DNA of 64,000 nucleotides from Mobula birostris (Eukaryota). The notes beneath the pieces were generated by a model. The model was not told the DNA's origin and searched no databases. It was given only the letters and a program-made list of their open reading frames with translations. Position 1 is the stretch's first letter. The number at the start of each line of letters is the position of its first letter. The stretch covers positions 13,927,939 through 13,991,938 of the forward strand of contig NC_092394.1 in NCBI RefSeq assembly GCF_030028105.1, read 5' to 3'. Below are positions 51,680 through 64,000 of this stretch, one piece after another. The position numbers were made by a program, and so were the translations under genes.

Positions 51680-53703
51680 TTATCGCACAGTTACAACAAG
51701 TAATTGGGAAGGCTGATGGAATGTTGGACTTTATTGTAAGGATATAAAATATGTAATAGGTAAGTTTTAATATAACTCTACAAGGCAGTGGTGGGACTAC
51801 ACCTGGAGAGCTATGTATTGTTTTGGTCTCTTTTTAAAGAATAATGTTCGCCATTTTAAAATTTTCACTATGGTTATTCCTGGGATCAAGTTTAAAACAT
51901 GAAGAGAGGTTGAGCAGAGGTTTTTGGGACTATAGTCATTTGAACTTATGAAAGTGACATCTCATTAAGGCAAGCAAGATTGAGAAGGTTTGACAGAGTG
52001 GGCATTAAGATGTTCCCCCTGGTCGGGTTACCTCCAACTAGATGACATTGATTCAGAGAAGAAGTTACTCATTTAAGGAGATGAGGAATTTCTTGGACTA
52101 CTTGGAGTGGAGATTCTCAGACATTTGAACTACAATGCACTTGAGCAGTAGAGGAAAAGTGCTATTGAAAACGGATTTGGATCAACCATTAACTTGAATA
52201 TTGCTGCAAACTTGAGGGGCAGATTGACCTTCTCCTGCTTACTCTAGGTATAAGATGACCAAACTCTAAACTCTACTGTTAGAATTGTCATCTTCCAAAT
52301 GAGAGATTAAACTGGACTCTACTAAGCTCTAATACAAAAATCCCATTGTTCCTGACTCATCTACACCCATCCCATTTCAATCATTCCTTATTATATGGGT
52401 AACATAATACTGTTCCTTCTGTGAAGAATTTAGTAATTTTAGTGCAACTGGCACAAACTTTGGGTAGATAGTATTTGAAATGGTGATACTTGCATGCAAG
52501 TTCTCAAGTTTTGGATTGATGTTTGGGAAATGCAGCATGTCTATCAAAATGAAAATTCTGAAGGTTTGCCAAGTGTAACAAAATGGACAGTTCATTTCAT
52601 GGGTGGATTAATGTTTAAAGGCCTGAGGGGATAATGTTTTGCTGAATGCGTAAGCTAAGAATGTAAAGTATCTGATTCAATGTGATTCAGATCCAGCGTG
52701 ATCCTTTAGTATGATGTTTGGATTATCTTGTTTTCAGAATCATTTATTATCATTGATAATATGACATGAAATGTTCTGCAGCACAGTATAGTGCAAAGAC
52801 AAATCTATAAATTACGAAGTTCGAAAAGTTTGCTCTTATTTTCCCTCAAGATTCATTCCAAGTATCAATAAATTCAAATTTGTATGGTGTTAATGTGCCA
52901 GGATGCTTCACAGGTTCGTAGTCAGACAGAAAGTAACATCCAACGTGTGGGTGATGTGGGAAGAAAGATCAAAAGTTTGACAAAGATAAAGGTTTTAGGA
53001 ATTAGAAGGTTGGGAGAGTATACTTTAGGCATATGACTATACTTGTAGTAAAATCTCTCAAATTAACAAATTTCATGACACATGCCAGTTAGAATAAACC
53101 TGGTTCTGATTCTAATGATTTGGTTCAAAGGAGGAGCATACATGAAGCAAAATTAGGAGATAAGGGAAAGATGCATACATGGAGGGCATTGGAGATGGGA
53201 CATATAAGGCCACATTCAAAGTCCATTGTGCATTTTTGCAATTTTGTTAGATTGAGTCACTATGTGTTTTCTATTGCTCGAGGGGTTCTGTGTAGAGCTA
53301 TTCATTACACTTAGCACATAGCAAAAATCTGATCTAAACTAGGAGGCTTTTGAAAAATTCTTTTAACCCACTGATTTCTACCACCAGTGAACTGATTTTT
53401 TTTGAATGCAGTGCAACAGGATGAAATGAGGCATAGATCAAATGGAGAGCTATTTTTCCCCTAGGTGGAAATAGCTAATACAAGGGGGATTTTAAAGTGA
53501 TTGAAGGAAAGTATAGGGGGATGTCAGAGGTAAAAAGCTTTTTACACAGTAGGTGTGTAGAAGGCCTTGTTAGGGGTGATGGTAGAGACAAATACATAAG
53601 GGACATTTAAGCGGCTCTTGAATAGACACATAGATGAAAGAAAATTTGGGACAGAAGAGTTAGATTGGTCTTAGAGTAGGTTATAAGGTCAGAACTTTGT
53701 ACT

Positions 53704-53910
53704 CACAAAATAATCTGCAGATGCTGGGGTCAAAGCAACACTCACAACACGCTGGAGGAACTCAGCAGGCCGGGCAGCATCCGTGGAAAAGATCGGTTGA
53801 CGTTTTGGGCTGGAGCCCTTCGTCCTGACGAAGGGTTCTGGCCCGAAACGTCGACCGATCTTTTCCACGGTTGCTGCCTGGCCTGCTGAGTTCCTCCAGC
53901 GTGTTGTGAG
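53704..53910 (+). mobile_element. Palindromic Penelope-derived hairpin element, copy 2
   Basis: 84-nt inverted arms (53741-53824 / 53827-53910); hammerhead 53822-53855; perfect 14-bp TSD CAGAACTTTGTACT at 53690 and 53911, within a CR1 tail. Confidence 0.9.
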
Positions 53911-55654
53911 CAGAACTTTGTACTGTAGTGTTCTGTGTTCTATGTAACACTGCATGTCATATGAGTGAACATGGCTTCCAACCATTACAATTGCAGGGGA
54001 CTTATTTTTGTTAGGGACAATGGAAGTTCCTCATCTGTAACTTCCAGAATTGGTGCACATCAGCTGATGCTTGTAGTTTGTTATTCATTTGAAGTGGGCC
54101 AGTCGGTCAGTAAGCATTACTAATTGTGCAGAAAAAGAATCTCGGTTGGTATATGGTGACATAAATGTACTTTGAAATTAAATTCTTTGAATTTGAAGGA
54201 CTTGCTGGGATGCTAGACGAACTTGTTACTGAGAGTAAAGATCAGTGAATATAACATTCCTCTTCCTGTTTGCCTTTCTAGGAAGTGCTTTGCTCTTTAA
54301 ATTAGCCACCATGCATCTCAGTCAGGAAGATGATAATATCAAAGCATCCAAGTTCCTACAATGGTATTCGGAAATGTGTGCCAGCTCTGTAGCTGAGGGT
54401 GGGAATGTGGACAAGTGTGCATCTGGAGTGCAGTGGAAGTGGTGCCATGTGTGAGGTCAGGGTCAGGAACATGAAACTGGGTGGAGATGGGTGGGAAAGA
54501 CAGAAACAAGGAAGGAAGCAATGGTTATAATGGGATTCGAAGGTACTCAAGCCAGCAGCAGTGTTCTATGATAACCTTGGATAACTTGCCAAGAAATTTT
54601 CTAGTATTTAAAAAAAAAATGCCCATCATCCATATAACAACTGCTTCAGCGTTTTGGTACAGATGTATGCCATTTCATCAATTTTGCCCTCTTTGAAGCA
54701 TCTGGTTTTCAAATAGGACTTGCCATATCTTCACAGATTGTGACCCTTCAGATTACTATACTGTATCAAAGTGACAACTTAATGATAGATGGGGTGCTCC
54801 CACTGCTACGTAGGAATCAGACCTTTTCTTAAAATGTGGGCAATTCCATGACTGGCAGAGACATTGGACTTCCAACATGGACCATGTCTCGGTATATTTA
54901 AAGCAGAGGTTGTCAGGTACTTAGCAGGAACATCAAAGGTTATGAGGAGAAGGTAGGAGGACGGGGTTAGAAGGAAAATAAATCGGCAATGATTGAATGG
55001 CAGAGCAGACTCTCCCATATAACCCCCCATTTTTTTCTTTCATTCATGAGCCTATCTAAGAGTGTCTTAAATGTCTGTAATATATCTGCCACTACCACCA
55101 CTCCTGGCAAGGAGTTCCATGCACCCACCACCCACTGAGTGCTGGAAATGATGAGTACTCCATTGACCAAGGATGCTGCATCCTAGCTGTCCAGATATAC
55201 AAGCCTGAACAGTGCGTTATGGAGAGCAAGCTGTTGCCCATGTAGCAAGCTCCCCATCTCCATGCTTCTGATGAACCCAAAGGAATGGTCTGCATTGAAC
55301 TCCAATTGCCTTAGGAACTTCAACTCTGGATTTTTACCTCTGGGTTTACTTCCAATCCTTCTCCATGAGTAGGTATAGCCGCAAGGCAGCGGAGGTTTGA
55401 GATCAGAGTTTTCCTTCTAAGTGAGCTACCAACCATGACTGACGAGTCCTATCTGCCCAAAGTGACTGGTTTTAGGGTGCCACTGTTGCCCTTCTCCTGC
55501 CAGTAGAAATGGTTCTGCCGGGTTTAGTAGCTAAGCCGCACATGAAGGCCAGGAGCTGGGCTTGGTTGTCAGAGGCTATTTGAGCTGCATCCCACTGGGA
55601 GCCTTTAATAGGTAGTGGAAGCTTATCCCTATCACCACCCCCGGCTATAACACT

Positions 55655-56285
55655 GTTGAGAAACCAGCTGGAAAAATGGGCTGAAAAATGGTAGATGGAA
55701 TTTAATGCAGACAATTTGTGAGGTGTTGCACTTTGATAGGACCAACCAGGATGGGTCTCGCGTAGTGAATGGTAGGGCACTGAGCAGTGCTGTAGAACAT
55801 GGGGATCTGGGAATACAGGTCCATAATTCATTGGAAGTGTCATCTCGGTTAGATAGTCATAAAGAAAGCTCTTTGGCACATTGGCCTTCATAAGTCAAAG
55901 TATCGAATACAGAAGATGGGATGTAATGTTGAAGTTGTACAAGATGTTGGTGAGGCCTAATTTGGAATGTTGTGTGCAGTTTTGGTCACCTACCTAGAGG
56001 AACGGTGTAAATAAGGTTGAAAGAGTACAGAGAAAACTTGCAAGAATGTTGCCTGGACTGGAGGACGCGAGTTATAAAGATTGAATAGATTAGGATTTTA
56101 TTCCTCAGAATGTAGAAGATTATGAGTAGATTTGATAGAGATATACACAATTGAGGGATATAGATAGGGGTTTTTCCACTGGTGTAGGGTGGGATTGCAA
56201 CTAGAGGTCATGGGTTAAGGGTGAAAGATGAAAATTTTAAGGGAAGCATGGGAAACGTATTTGCTCAGAGGGTCATAAGAGTGGA
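55655..56285 (+). mobile_element. Degenerate CR1 LINE 3' half
   Basis: CEVLHF.RTNQ..., LVRPNLECCVQFWSP-like motifs with stops. Confidence 0.8.
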
Positions 56286-56769
56286 ATAGGTGAAGCTATG
56301 TAGGAGTTCCAGAGGGAGAAAATAAGAAGCTGTGAGGCGATGGCTGGAAAAGATACAGGGCTGGGAAATGATAGAATCTAATATACAAGAGTGGGCTATG
56401 ATTGAAAAGGGAAGAAGGGGTACCAAGTGGAGGTCATAGGCAAGTGAGGAGAAGAGGTAAGGGGGGGCAGAGTGTGGAATTGAAGTGGGAAGGGGAGGGG
56501 TAAGAATTTGGAGAATTTGACGTTTATGCCATCAGGTCGGAAGCTACCCAGACAGTATGATGTGTTGCTCCTCCAACCTGAGAATGACCTCAACGTGGCA
56601 GTAGAGGAGGCCATGATCCAAGCAATTATGTCATTATAGCAATTTTCAAATGTGAATTTATTTTTTGATTTTTAATCATGCTTTGTGAACGTACCCTGAA
56701 TTCTTGTGATGTTTTTTCAAAGGGTTCTAAGATGGTGGATTATTGTACATAGATATTATTTATAACTAG

Positions 56770-57281
56770 TGTAATGGCCTCTCTAATGCTTCGCTGCTAA
56801 GGTACTGGTTTCTCTGTAGCAGCAATGTTTGGGTTATGACTAGAGATAATGGGACTTTGGAATGTATGCTATCCAATGAGAGGGGTGCTGTTCTTTCTTG
56901 TGGGTCTGGGAGCAGGGATTTCACGGTCTTTTGCCAGGGAGAGATGAGGCGAGAAGATGCAGATGGAGAGAGTTGGTAGACCGCTGAATGGAGTAGACTT
57001 GGAGTGAGAGTCCAAGGGTCAGTTACACTCAGAGGAGGTCGATGGGGAACAAATGAACAGAACCATGAGCTCCAACGTTGGGCATTAGACTGTTTCAAGA
57101 GAATGAGCCCTTTTCTTTTTGTTTCTTTACTAACCATATGGTCAAATTAAGAATTATAAAGCTCAATCGTTTAATCACATTATGTACTCTTTGTAATTTT
57201 GTGGTACTGAACGGGGACAGTTTGGCCTGGCCAAGGGCTGTCTTCCCCTAGATTAAGCCGCTAGCCGAACCGGGAGTTACA
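56770..57281 (+). mobile_element. Probable solo LTR (Gypsy-like), 512 bp
   Basis: TGTAA...TTACA inverted ends; 4-bp flanks CTAG / CAAG (one mismatch); internal CCAAT. Confidence 0.55.
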
Positions 57282-58050
57282 CAAGTGAAACACAGCAAAA
57301 CCTGGAACTCCAATTTCAATAGTGAAGCAAGAGGCTAGCTCAGGAAATCTGATAGACCTGGCACACAGCAAGGTTCAGGGAATGAATAGATAGCACTTTG
57401 TTTTGGTCACAAGTGGATTTGAGCTTTAAGTGCTGGCATTGTGCTGTGAAGAATGAGTGAGTGGTCTGGGCTTGTGCTCTCTGACATTTAGAAGGATGCA
57501 AGATTACTGCATTGATGCACGTGATTCTGGAAGGGGCTCTACAATGATAAATACTTAAAGATGTTTTGTGTAGAATTAGAGGACAATTTCTCAGATTAAG
57601 TTGTCTCCTTGAGAGATGATAAATTTCTTGTGTGGTTATGAATCTTTAGAATTCTTCAAATCCGACCAGTCTGAGTACAGTGTATTGAAGACTGAGATAG
57701 ATTCTTACTCCATAATGGAGTCAATACCAGGTTGAAGCCAAAGATCAGAATGGCAGAACAACTTGGGGATTTCTGGCTTATGCCTGACCCTATCACTTGG
57801 GTGCTTTGGGGTTATTTTAAAAGCGCATAATATAGTCTTGCAAACACGTTTTTGAATGGGTGCAAAATGTTGTTTATCATCTTTTAATGATCATTGCTAA
57901 AATTTTCCTTATTTTCAGTGGTGCAAAGGTTATGAACACCAGTGAACGTGACCAGACCTTGACTCGTTTTTGTCTGGCTCGCACACACCAACCACGGAGG
58001 GACGGATTAAGCCGACTGTGTGCAGAGTCACCATTTATCTTCAGAGAGAG

Positions 58051-58264
58051 ATGTCTGGGGATACCTGCTTAACATCACCTTGTCCTCCCTCTGGAGCCAA
58101 ACCCAAGGCCATCAGCTTTAAAGGAGGAAGCATGGGGAACAAGTACATCAGGTTAAATGTTGGAGGCTCGCTGTACTATACCACTGTTCAGATTTTAACC
58201 AGGCACGACACCATGCTGAAGGCAATGTTTAGTGGAAGAATGGAAGTACTGACTGACAAAGAAG
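58051..58264 (+). CDS. TNFAIP1: TNFAIP1 (BACURD2, KCTD-type BTB adaptor) first coding exon; gene continues beyond the window
   Basis: [71 protein letters not shown](G); the MSGDTCL start and adjacency to IFT20 favour TNFAIP1 over KCTD10/13. Acceptor ttttcag ends 57918; donor GTAAAT at 58265. Confidence 0.93.
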
Positions 58265-59253
58265 GTAAATGCATTTTTATGGATTGTTTTAGAAGGCTTT
58301 TAACTATTGGTATTTGTCCAGCACCCTTCACAGTTTTGGGGTATGTCGAAGTGCCTCGATCAATTAAAGTACTTTTGATGTGTTATCAAAGGGAAACCAG
58401 TCTGTGCAGAAATTTCCCACAGACATTGGTCATCACCATGATTGTAGCAGAGGAGAGTGTGGTAATGTATTAAAATGTGAGCGAGGGGTAGAAGGCCTTT
58501 TAATCCTTGTTTTTCTAATATGGTGGATTCTTGGAAAATTGTCTTCCCCAGTGTATGAAATGATGCAAGCGAAAATTATTGGAAATTAATGCAGGAGGTG
58601 GTTTTAAAAACTTTGTGGTTTTTAAATGGAAGTTTAGTGCATGCTATAAGATAAAGCTGCAGTCTGTCAATTCCCGTGCGCTTCGGGTCAGGCCAAGTAA
58701 CGGGGGTGGCTCCACTGCCACTTCCAGCTGCCGGGGGCCCGGGCTGTCGATTGGGTCAGGCCCTGAAGTTGACACTTAATCCCGGAGGGCCGGGCTCCTG
58801 GCTGAAACAAGTCCTTAAACTGAGTCACAGTTGCGGAGGCCTCCGCTCCAGCCGAGCCTCGGGCTCAATTTCCGAGGTCGGCAGCGGAGGCCTCACTTCC
58901 AGCAGCTGTGGATGGCCACCAACGGGACTTTACGGTGGTCATTTCAGGGAAGTGTCTGGGGCACCTTGAGGTCTCTGCCGTCACTTCTGTGTGGTCGTCT
59001 GCTCCGGAGAGGTACCGGTCGGAATGGGCTGTGTCTCCGAGCCCTCCGGCACGGTAGCAGACCGCGAGTCTTCGGGAACGTGGTGGACCTCGTTGGTCGG
59101 GTTCAGGTGCGGTCTGGAGTTTAAGAAGCAGTTCTGGCGCAGTGGTCTCCAGCTGGGTCAGTAGCTTCGCCAGGGTGTTGTTAATCTTGATTTTGCTAGA
59201 TTGGAGCTTTAGAAGGGTTTTCTCAGGTATAGGATAGTGGAGAGGGCAGTTTG

Positions 59254-61141
59254 CTCGGGAGAGCACACGCAAAGTCGCTACACGGAATCCAGGCGTGAAC
59301 TCTGGAAAGCCATTAAGGGTGCCAGGAGGCAACATCGAGCCAAGTTGGAAGCACAGGCTAACCAAAAGGATGCCAATAGACTATGGCAGGGTCTAAATGA
59401 GATCACTGGGTGCAAAGAAAAGGCTGAGAATATCAATAACTGTGGCACTTCTCTTCCTGACGAACTTAACGTACTCTACGCAAGATTCAAACAGAAGAGG
59501 AGCGACCTGCTCCCTCTGGATGAACCGGACCTGGTGGCATCGAGATTCATCGTCACCGAGGAGGACGTTAGAAGGGCCTTCCTGAAGATAAATCCAAGGA
59601 AGGCAACAGACCCAGATGGCATCCCAGAACGGGTTCTCCAGGCCTGTGCAAGCGAGCTAGCTGGAGTGTTTGCTGACATCTTCAACTGCTCCTTGCTTCA
59701 GTCTAAGATCCCCTCGTGTTTTAAGAAGGCAACGATAATCCCAGTGCTGAAGAAGAACAAGGTGGCATGCCTGAATGACTATCCACCTGTGGCTCTGACA
59801 TCAATTGCTATGAAGTGCTTCGAGAGATTCGTTATGGCACACGTCAACCACAGCCTGCCAGTCAACCTCGACGCTTTGCAATTTGCCTACCAGAGCAACA
59901 GGTCAATGGCAGGTGCTATCTCTCTGGTCCTACATTCCTCCTTAGAACACCTGGAGAATAAAGGCGCATACATAAGGCTCCCTTTCATTGACTACAGCTC
60001 TGCCTTTAATACCATCATTCCAAATAAACTGATTCCTAAGCTCCAGAACCTGGGCCTTAGCACTCAGATCTGCAGCTGGATCTTCAATTTCCTCAGACAG
60101 GACCCAGGCTGTAAAAATAGGGAACAAGCTCTCTTCTACAATCACTCTGGGCACCGGTGCCCCACAAGGCTGTGTACTCAGCCCCCTGCTGTACTCACTG
60201 TACACCCATGATTGTGTAGCCAAGTTTCCATCAAACTCAATATATAAGTTTGCTGATGACACAACAATTGTAGGCCATATATCGGGTAATGATGAGTTTG
60301 AGTACAGAGAGGAAATTAAGAACCTGGTGGCATGGTGCGAAGACAATAACCTATCCCTCAATGTCAGCAAGACAAAGGAATTGGTTGTTGACTTCAGAAG
60401 GAGCAGCGGACCACATGACCCCATTTACATCGGTGGTGCGCAAGTGGAACAGGTCAAAAGCTTTAAGTTCCTCGGGGTCAATATCACAAATGACCTGACT
60501 TGATCCAACCAAGCAGAGTTCACTGCCAAGAAGGCCCACCAGCGCCTTTACTTCCTGAGAAAACTAAAGAAATTTGGCCTGTCCCCTAAAACCCTCACTA
60601 ATTTTTATAGATGCACTGTAGAAAGCATTCTTCTAGGGTGCATTACAACCTGGTATGGAAGCTGTCCTGTCCAAGACCGAAAGAAGCTGAGAAGATCGTG
60701 AACACGGCGCAGCACATCACACGAACCAATCTTCCATCTGTGGACTCACTTTACACCGCACGCTGTTAGATCAGTGCTGCCAGGATAGTCAAGGACACGA
60801 CCCACCCAGCCAACACACTTTTCATCCCTCATCCCTCCAGCAGAAGACTCAGGAGCTTGAAGATTCGTACGGCCAGATTTGGGAACAGCTTCTTTCCAAC
60901 TGTGATAAGACTGCTGAACGGATCCTGACCCGGATCTGGGCCGTACCCTCCAAATATCCGGACCTGCCTCTCGGTTTTTTTGCACTACCTTACTTTCCAT
61001 TTTTCTATTTATAATTTAAGTTTTTAATTTTTACTATTTTTAATATTTAATATTTGTAATCCAGGGAATGGGAAGCGCAGAATCAAATATCGCTGTGATG
61101 ATTGTACATTCTAGTATCAATTGTTTGTTGACTATAAAGTA
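59254..61141 (+). mobile_element. Rex1/Babar-type LINE, RT region and 3' end
   Basis: [54 protein letters not shown] and NFYRCTVESIL motifs; few frameshifts. Confidence 0.93.
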
Positions 61142-61289
61142 CTTGGAAAAAGGGCTTTAAAAGTTTTTTGCAGTTATTGATTCCTCCAAGATATTAATGT
61201 ACTGATTAATTCTCAGAACAGTCCAAAATGTTAGTGTGGTAATGGCCATTTACACAAGATGGACTTGAGTTTAAAAACAGTTATGTCTC

Positions 61290-62020
61290 TACAAGCGGCC
61301 AAGTGCTACACTTGCCCCTACACCTCCTCCCTCACCTCCATTCAGAGCCTCAGACTGTCCATCAAGGTGAGACAACACATCACCTGCAAATCTGCTGGGG
61401 TCGTCTATTGTGTCCGGTGCCCCCTGTGCAGCCTCTACGTTGGTGAGACCCCTCATAAATTAGGGGACCACTTCGTTGAGCACCTCTGTTCTATCCGTGG
61501 AACTTCCCAGTGGCCAAACATTTTAATTACGATTCCTGTTCCAGCATGTTGGTCCATGGCCACCTCTTCTGCCAAAATGAGGCTACCCTCAAGGTGGATA
61601 AGCAACACTTTATTTTCTGTTTGGGTAACCTCTGACCTGGTGTCAATTTCTCCTTCCGATAAGCAAATTCATCTCTGCACCGCCCCCCACATTCCCTAGT
61701 CTGACCTTTTTACTATTTCTCACCTGGGTACACCACACCCCCGCTTCCCTTTCTTCTATGGTTCACTCTCCTCTCCTATCAAATTCTTTTTTATCCAGCC
61801 TTTCACCTTTCCCACCCATCTGGCTATCACCTTCCAGCTAGTCTCTTTGCCTAACCACCTCCCTCCACCCACCCCCCCCCCCCCAGCCGCCTTGTTATTC
61901 TGGCATCTTCCCCCTTCTCGGTCTTGAAGAAGGGTCTTGGCCTGAAACATCAACAGTTTACTCTTTTCGATAGATGCTACCTGACTTCCTGAGTTTCTCC
62001 AACGTTTTATGTGTGTAGCT
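61290..62020 (+). mobile_element. Penelope-like element 3' part (GIY-YIG endonuclease remnant plus terminal repeat)
   Basis: KVRQHITCKSAGVVYCVRCPLCSLYVGET..KLGDHFVEHL; decayed hammerhead near 61921-61955. Confidence 0.85.
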
Positions 62021-62559
62021 GTGTCTTATTTTTGCATGGATTGGGAGGTTTAAGGAGTAATCATGGAATTATTTGGCACTTAGAGTGAGAAAATAGTTAT
62101 AAGGTCATTAAATCATCATACAAAGATTCTAGACCCATACAATTATGCAAACTTATCAGTTATAATATTACAGTGATCAGTCATTGTTTGCAGTCTATGG
62201 AAACCTGTGCACAGATACATAATGATACAAATTATATGGATTGCCGTGATTGGAGGAATGATAAGGTAGGAACCAATCAAAACAACAGTGCTAAATTGTG
62301 AAATGTATGTGAAGAGCCAAATGCCATGCCTCACCATGGAAACTGGAAAATAGATGCACCATATCACATTTAGTTGCAGTTTTTGGGTTAAAACTTGAGG
62401 GAGGGAAGGTTTTAAATATCCAGAGGTGAGGTCCTAAGGAGGTTGTTGTCCTGTTCTGGGCCTTAGTCTGACCATTTTTCATCCACTTAATCATAAAGTT
62501 GTGTGAAAAAGGAGCCAATCCATTAGTTTTCACATCACAGCAGTGAAATGCTATCTCAT

Positions 62560-62945
62560 TGACCATAAGACAAAGGAGCAGAAGTCAGCCATTCAGCCCA
62601 TTGAGTCTACTCCGCCATTTTACCATGAGCTGATCCATTCACCCATTTAGTCCCACTCCCCTGCCTTCTCACCATAACCTTTGATGCCCTGGCTACTCAG
62701 ATACCTATCATTCTCTGCCTTAAATACACCCAATGATTTGGCCTCCACTGCTGCCCGTGGCAACAAATTCCATAGATTCACCACCCTCTGACTAAAAAAA
62801 TTTCTTTGCATTTCTGTCCTGAGTGGGCGCCCTTCAATCCTTAAGTCATGCCCTCTCGTACAAGACTCCCCCATCATGGGAAACAACTTTGCCACATCCA
62901 CTCTGTCCATGCTTTTCGACATTCGAAATGTTTCTATGAGGTCTA
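62560..62945 (-). mobile_element. CR1 LINE 3' end
   Basis: TRGHDLRIEGRPLRTEMQRNFFSQRVVNLWN.LP motif and family tail. Confidence 0.9.
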
Positions 62946-63500
62946 AGTTCATTTCTATGTTCATTGGTCTGGTGGTATGTACTTATCTTAACTCAAATTA
63001 ATTTAACAAACCTGCCAGTTTAATTCTTTGCTCTTTATGAACATTATCCTAAAGTCTGCTCCATTAAAATTTACCTCTGCTCATGTGATCTGCTTCCATC
63101 TTACAACCATGCTTATTTGATAAACAGCTGTCCCTCAGTATTCCCTGCCTAGTTTATTTATTTTTATTTTAGAAATAAAGCATACTAACAGGCCCTTCCA
63201 GCCCAACAAGCTCCCACCACCCAATTACACCCTTATGACCTATTAACTTATTAACTCATTTGCTTTTGGATTATGGGAGGAAACCAGAGCACCAGGAGAA
63301 AATCCACATGGTCATGGGGGAATGTGCAAATTCTGTACAGAAGGCGGCAGAATTGAACCCAGGTCGCCAGCACTGTAATAATAGCTGCGAGTTAAACACT
63401 GACAATTAATGTAGCACACTCAAAATGCTGGAGAAACTCAGCAGGTCAGGTGACATCTGTGTAGAGGAGTAGAGTCAGATGATGTAGCATATAAGAAATA

Positions 63501-64000
63501 CTAGACAACAGGGTGACCCATTGGGGCACTCTTTGAGAGAAGGGTAGTGCAGTCTGATGTGACCAGAATGAACGTTAAGTTTTCCTGAATGCTATTGGTA
63601 TCGCTTTGCTTTGGAAACTGAAGTAGAAAACCTCAGTTTATTAAAGAAGAACGACAAGTAGCAAAGCAAATATAGCTGCTGCTCATTTAACGAAGGACAC
63701 TTTTGATGGCATTATTTCTGGTTTATCTGCCACCCTTGTGCCTCTTGTTGTCATTCTAGAGACAGTGCAGTCCTTTCATCCCTCGTCTCTTCATCTCTTC
63801 TGTTTGTTGTTTGTCTCTGATCCTGGAGATGTGCATGCCTCTCCTCCTCTGTTCTTCTTTCATTTTTTTTTGTCCTGACTCTTTGATCCTGGAGTCGTGC
63901 GGCCCTGACCTCATCCAATTCTTGTTCTCTCCCTCTCCTTGCCGCTTCCCGACGACGTTTGGCATCATCTCTTGACCATAATGTCTCCCTTTCCTCCACG
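63501..64000 (-). mobile_element. Helitron-like element, 3' end; runs off the window
   Basis: Minus strand: hairpin GTGCCCC-AAT-GGGTCAC, 8 nt, CTAG, then host T; upstream E/R-rich peptide repeats (RAARLQDQR / RHAHLQDQR). Confidence 0.7.

Noticed and set aside
57970-58050. N-terminal extension of TNFAIP1 given in the ORF track
   Set aside because: Starts at TTG; homology begins at MSGDTCL (58051).

Overview
Vertebrate genomic DNA, not prokaryotic. The repeat content (HE1/V-SINE-like SINEs, CR1, Rex1/Babar, Penelope) suggests a cartilaginous fish, probably a ray; this is an inference. The window holds the conserved TMEM97-IFT20-TNFAIP1 block. TMEM97 is on + with 3 coding exons (10710-27034, 171 aa). 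IFT20 is on - with 4 coding exons (48890-33409, 130 aa). The 5' part of TNFAIP1 is on + (non-coding exon 1 near 49.4 kb, first coding exon 58051-58264) and shares a CpG-island bidirectional promoter with IFT20. Introns are filled with CR1, Rex1/Babar, RTE and Penelope-like retroelements, tRNA-derived SINEs, a Tc1 derivative, a MITE, a probable solo LTR, a tRNA-Lys(CTT) pseudogene and a Helitron 3' end. The most unusual signal is two related ~205-bp insertions (46.9 and 53.7 kb) with 13-14 bp target-site duplications. Each is an 84-bp-arm fold-back palindrome that pivots on a minimal hammerhead-ribozyme core of Penelope type. Most long ORFs in the ORF track are retroelement remnants or repeat artefacts. 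Repeat boundaries are approximate unless TSDs or TIRs are cited.
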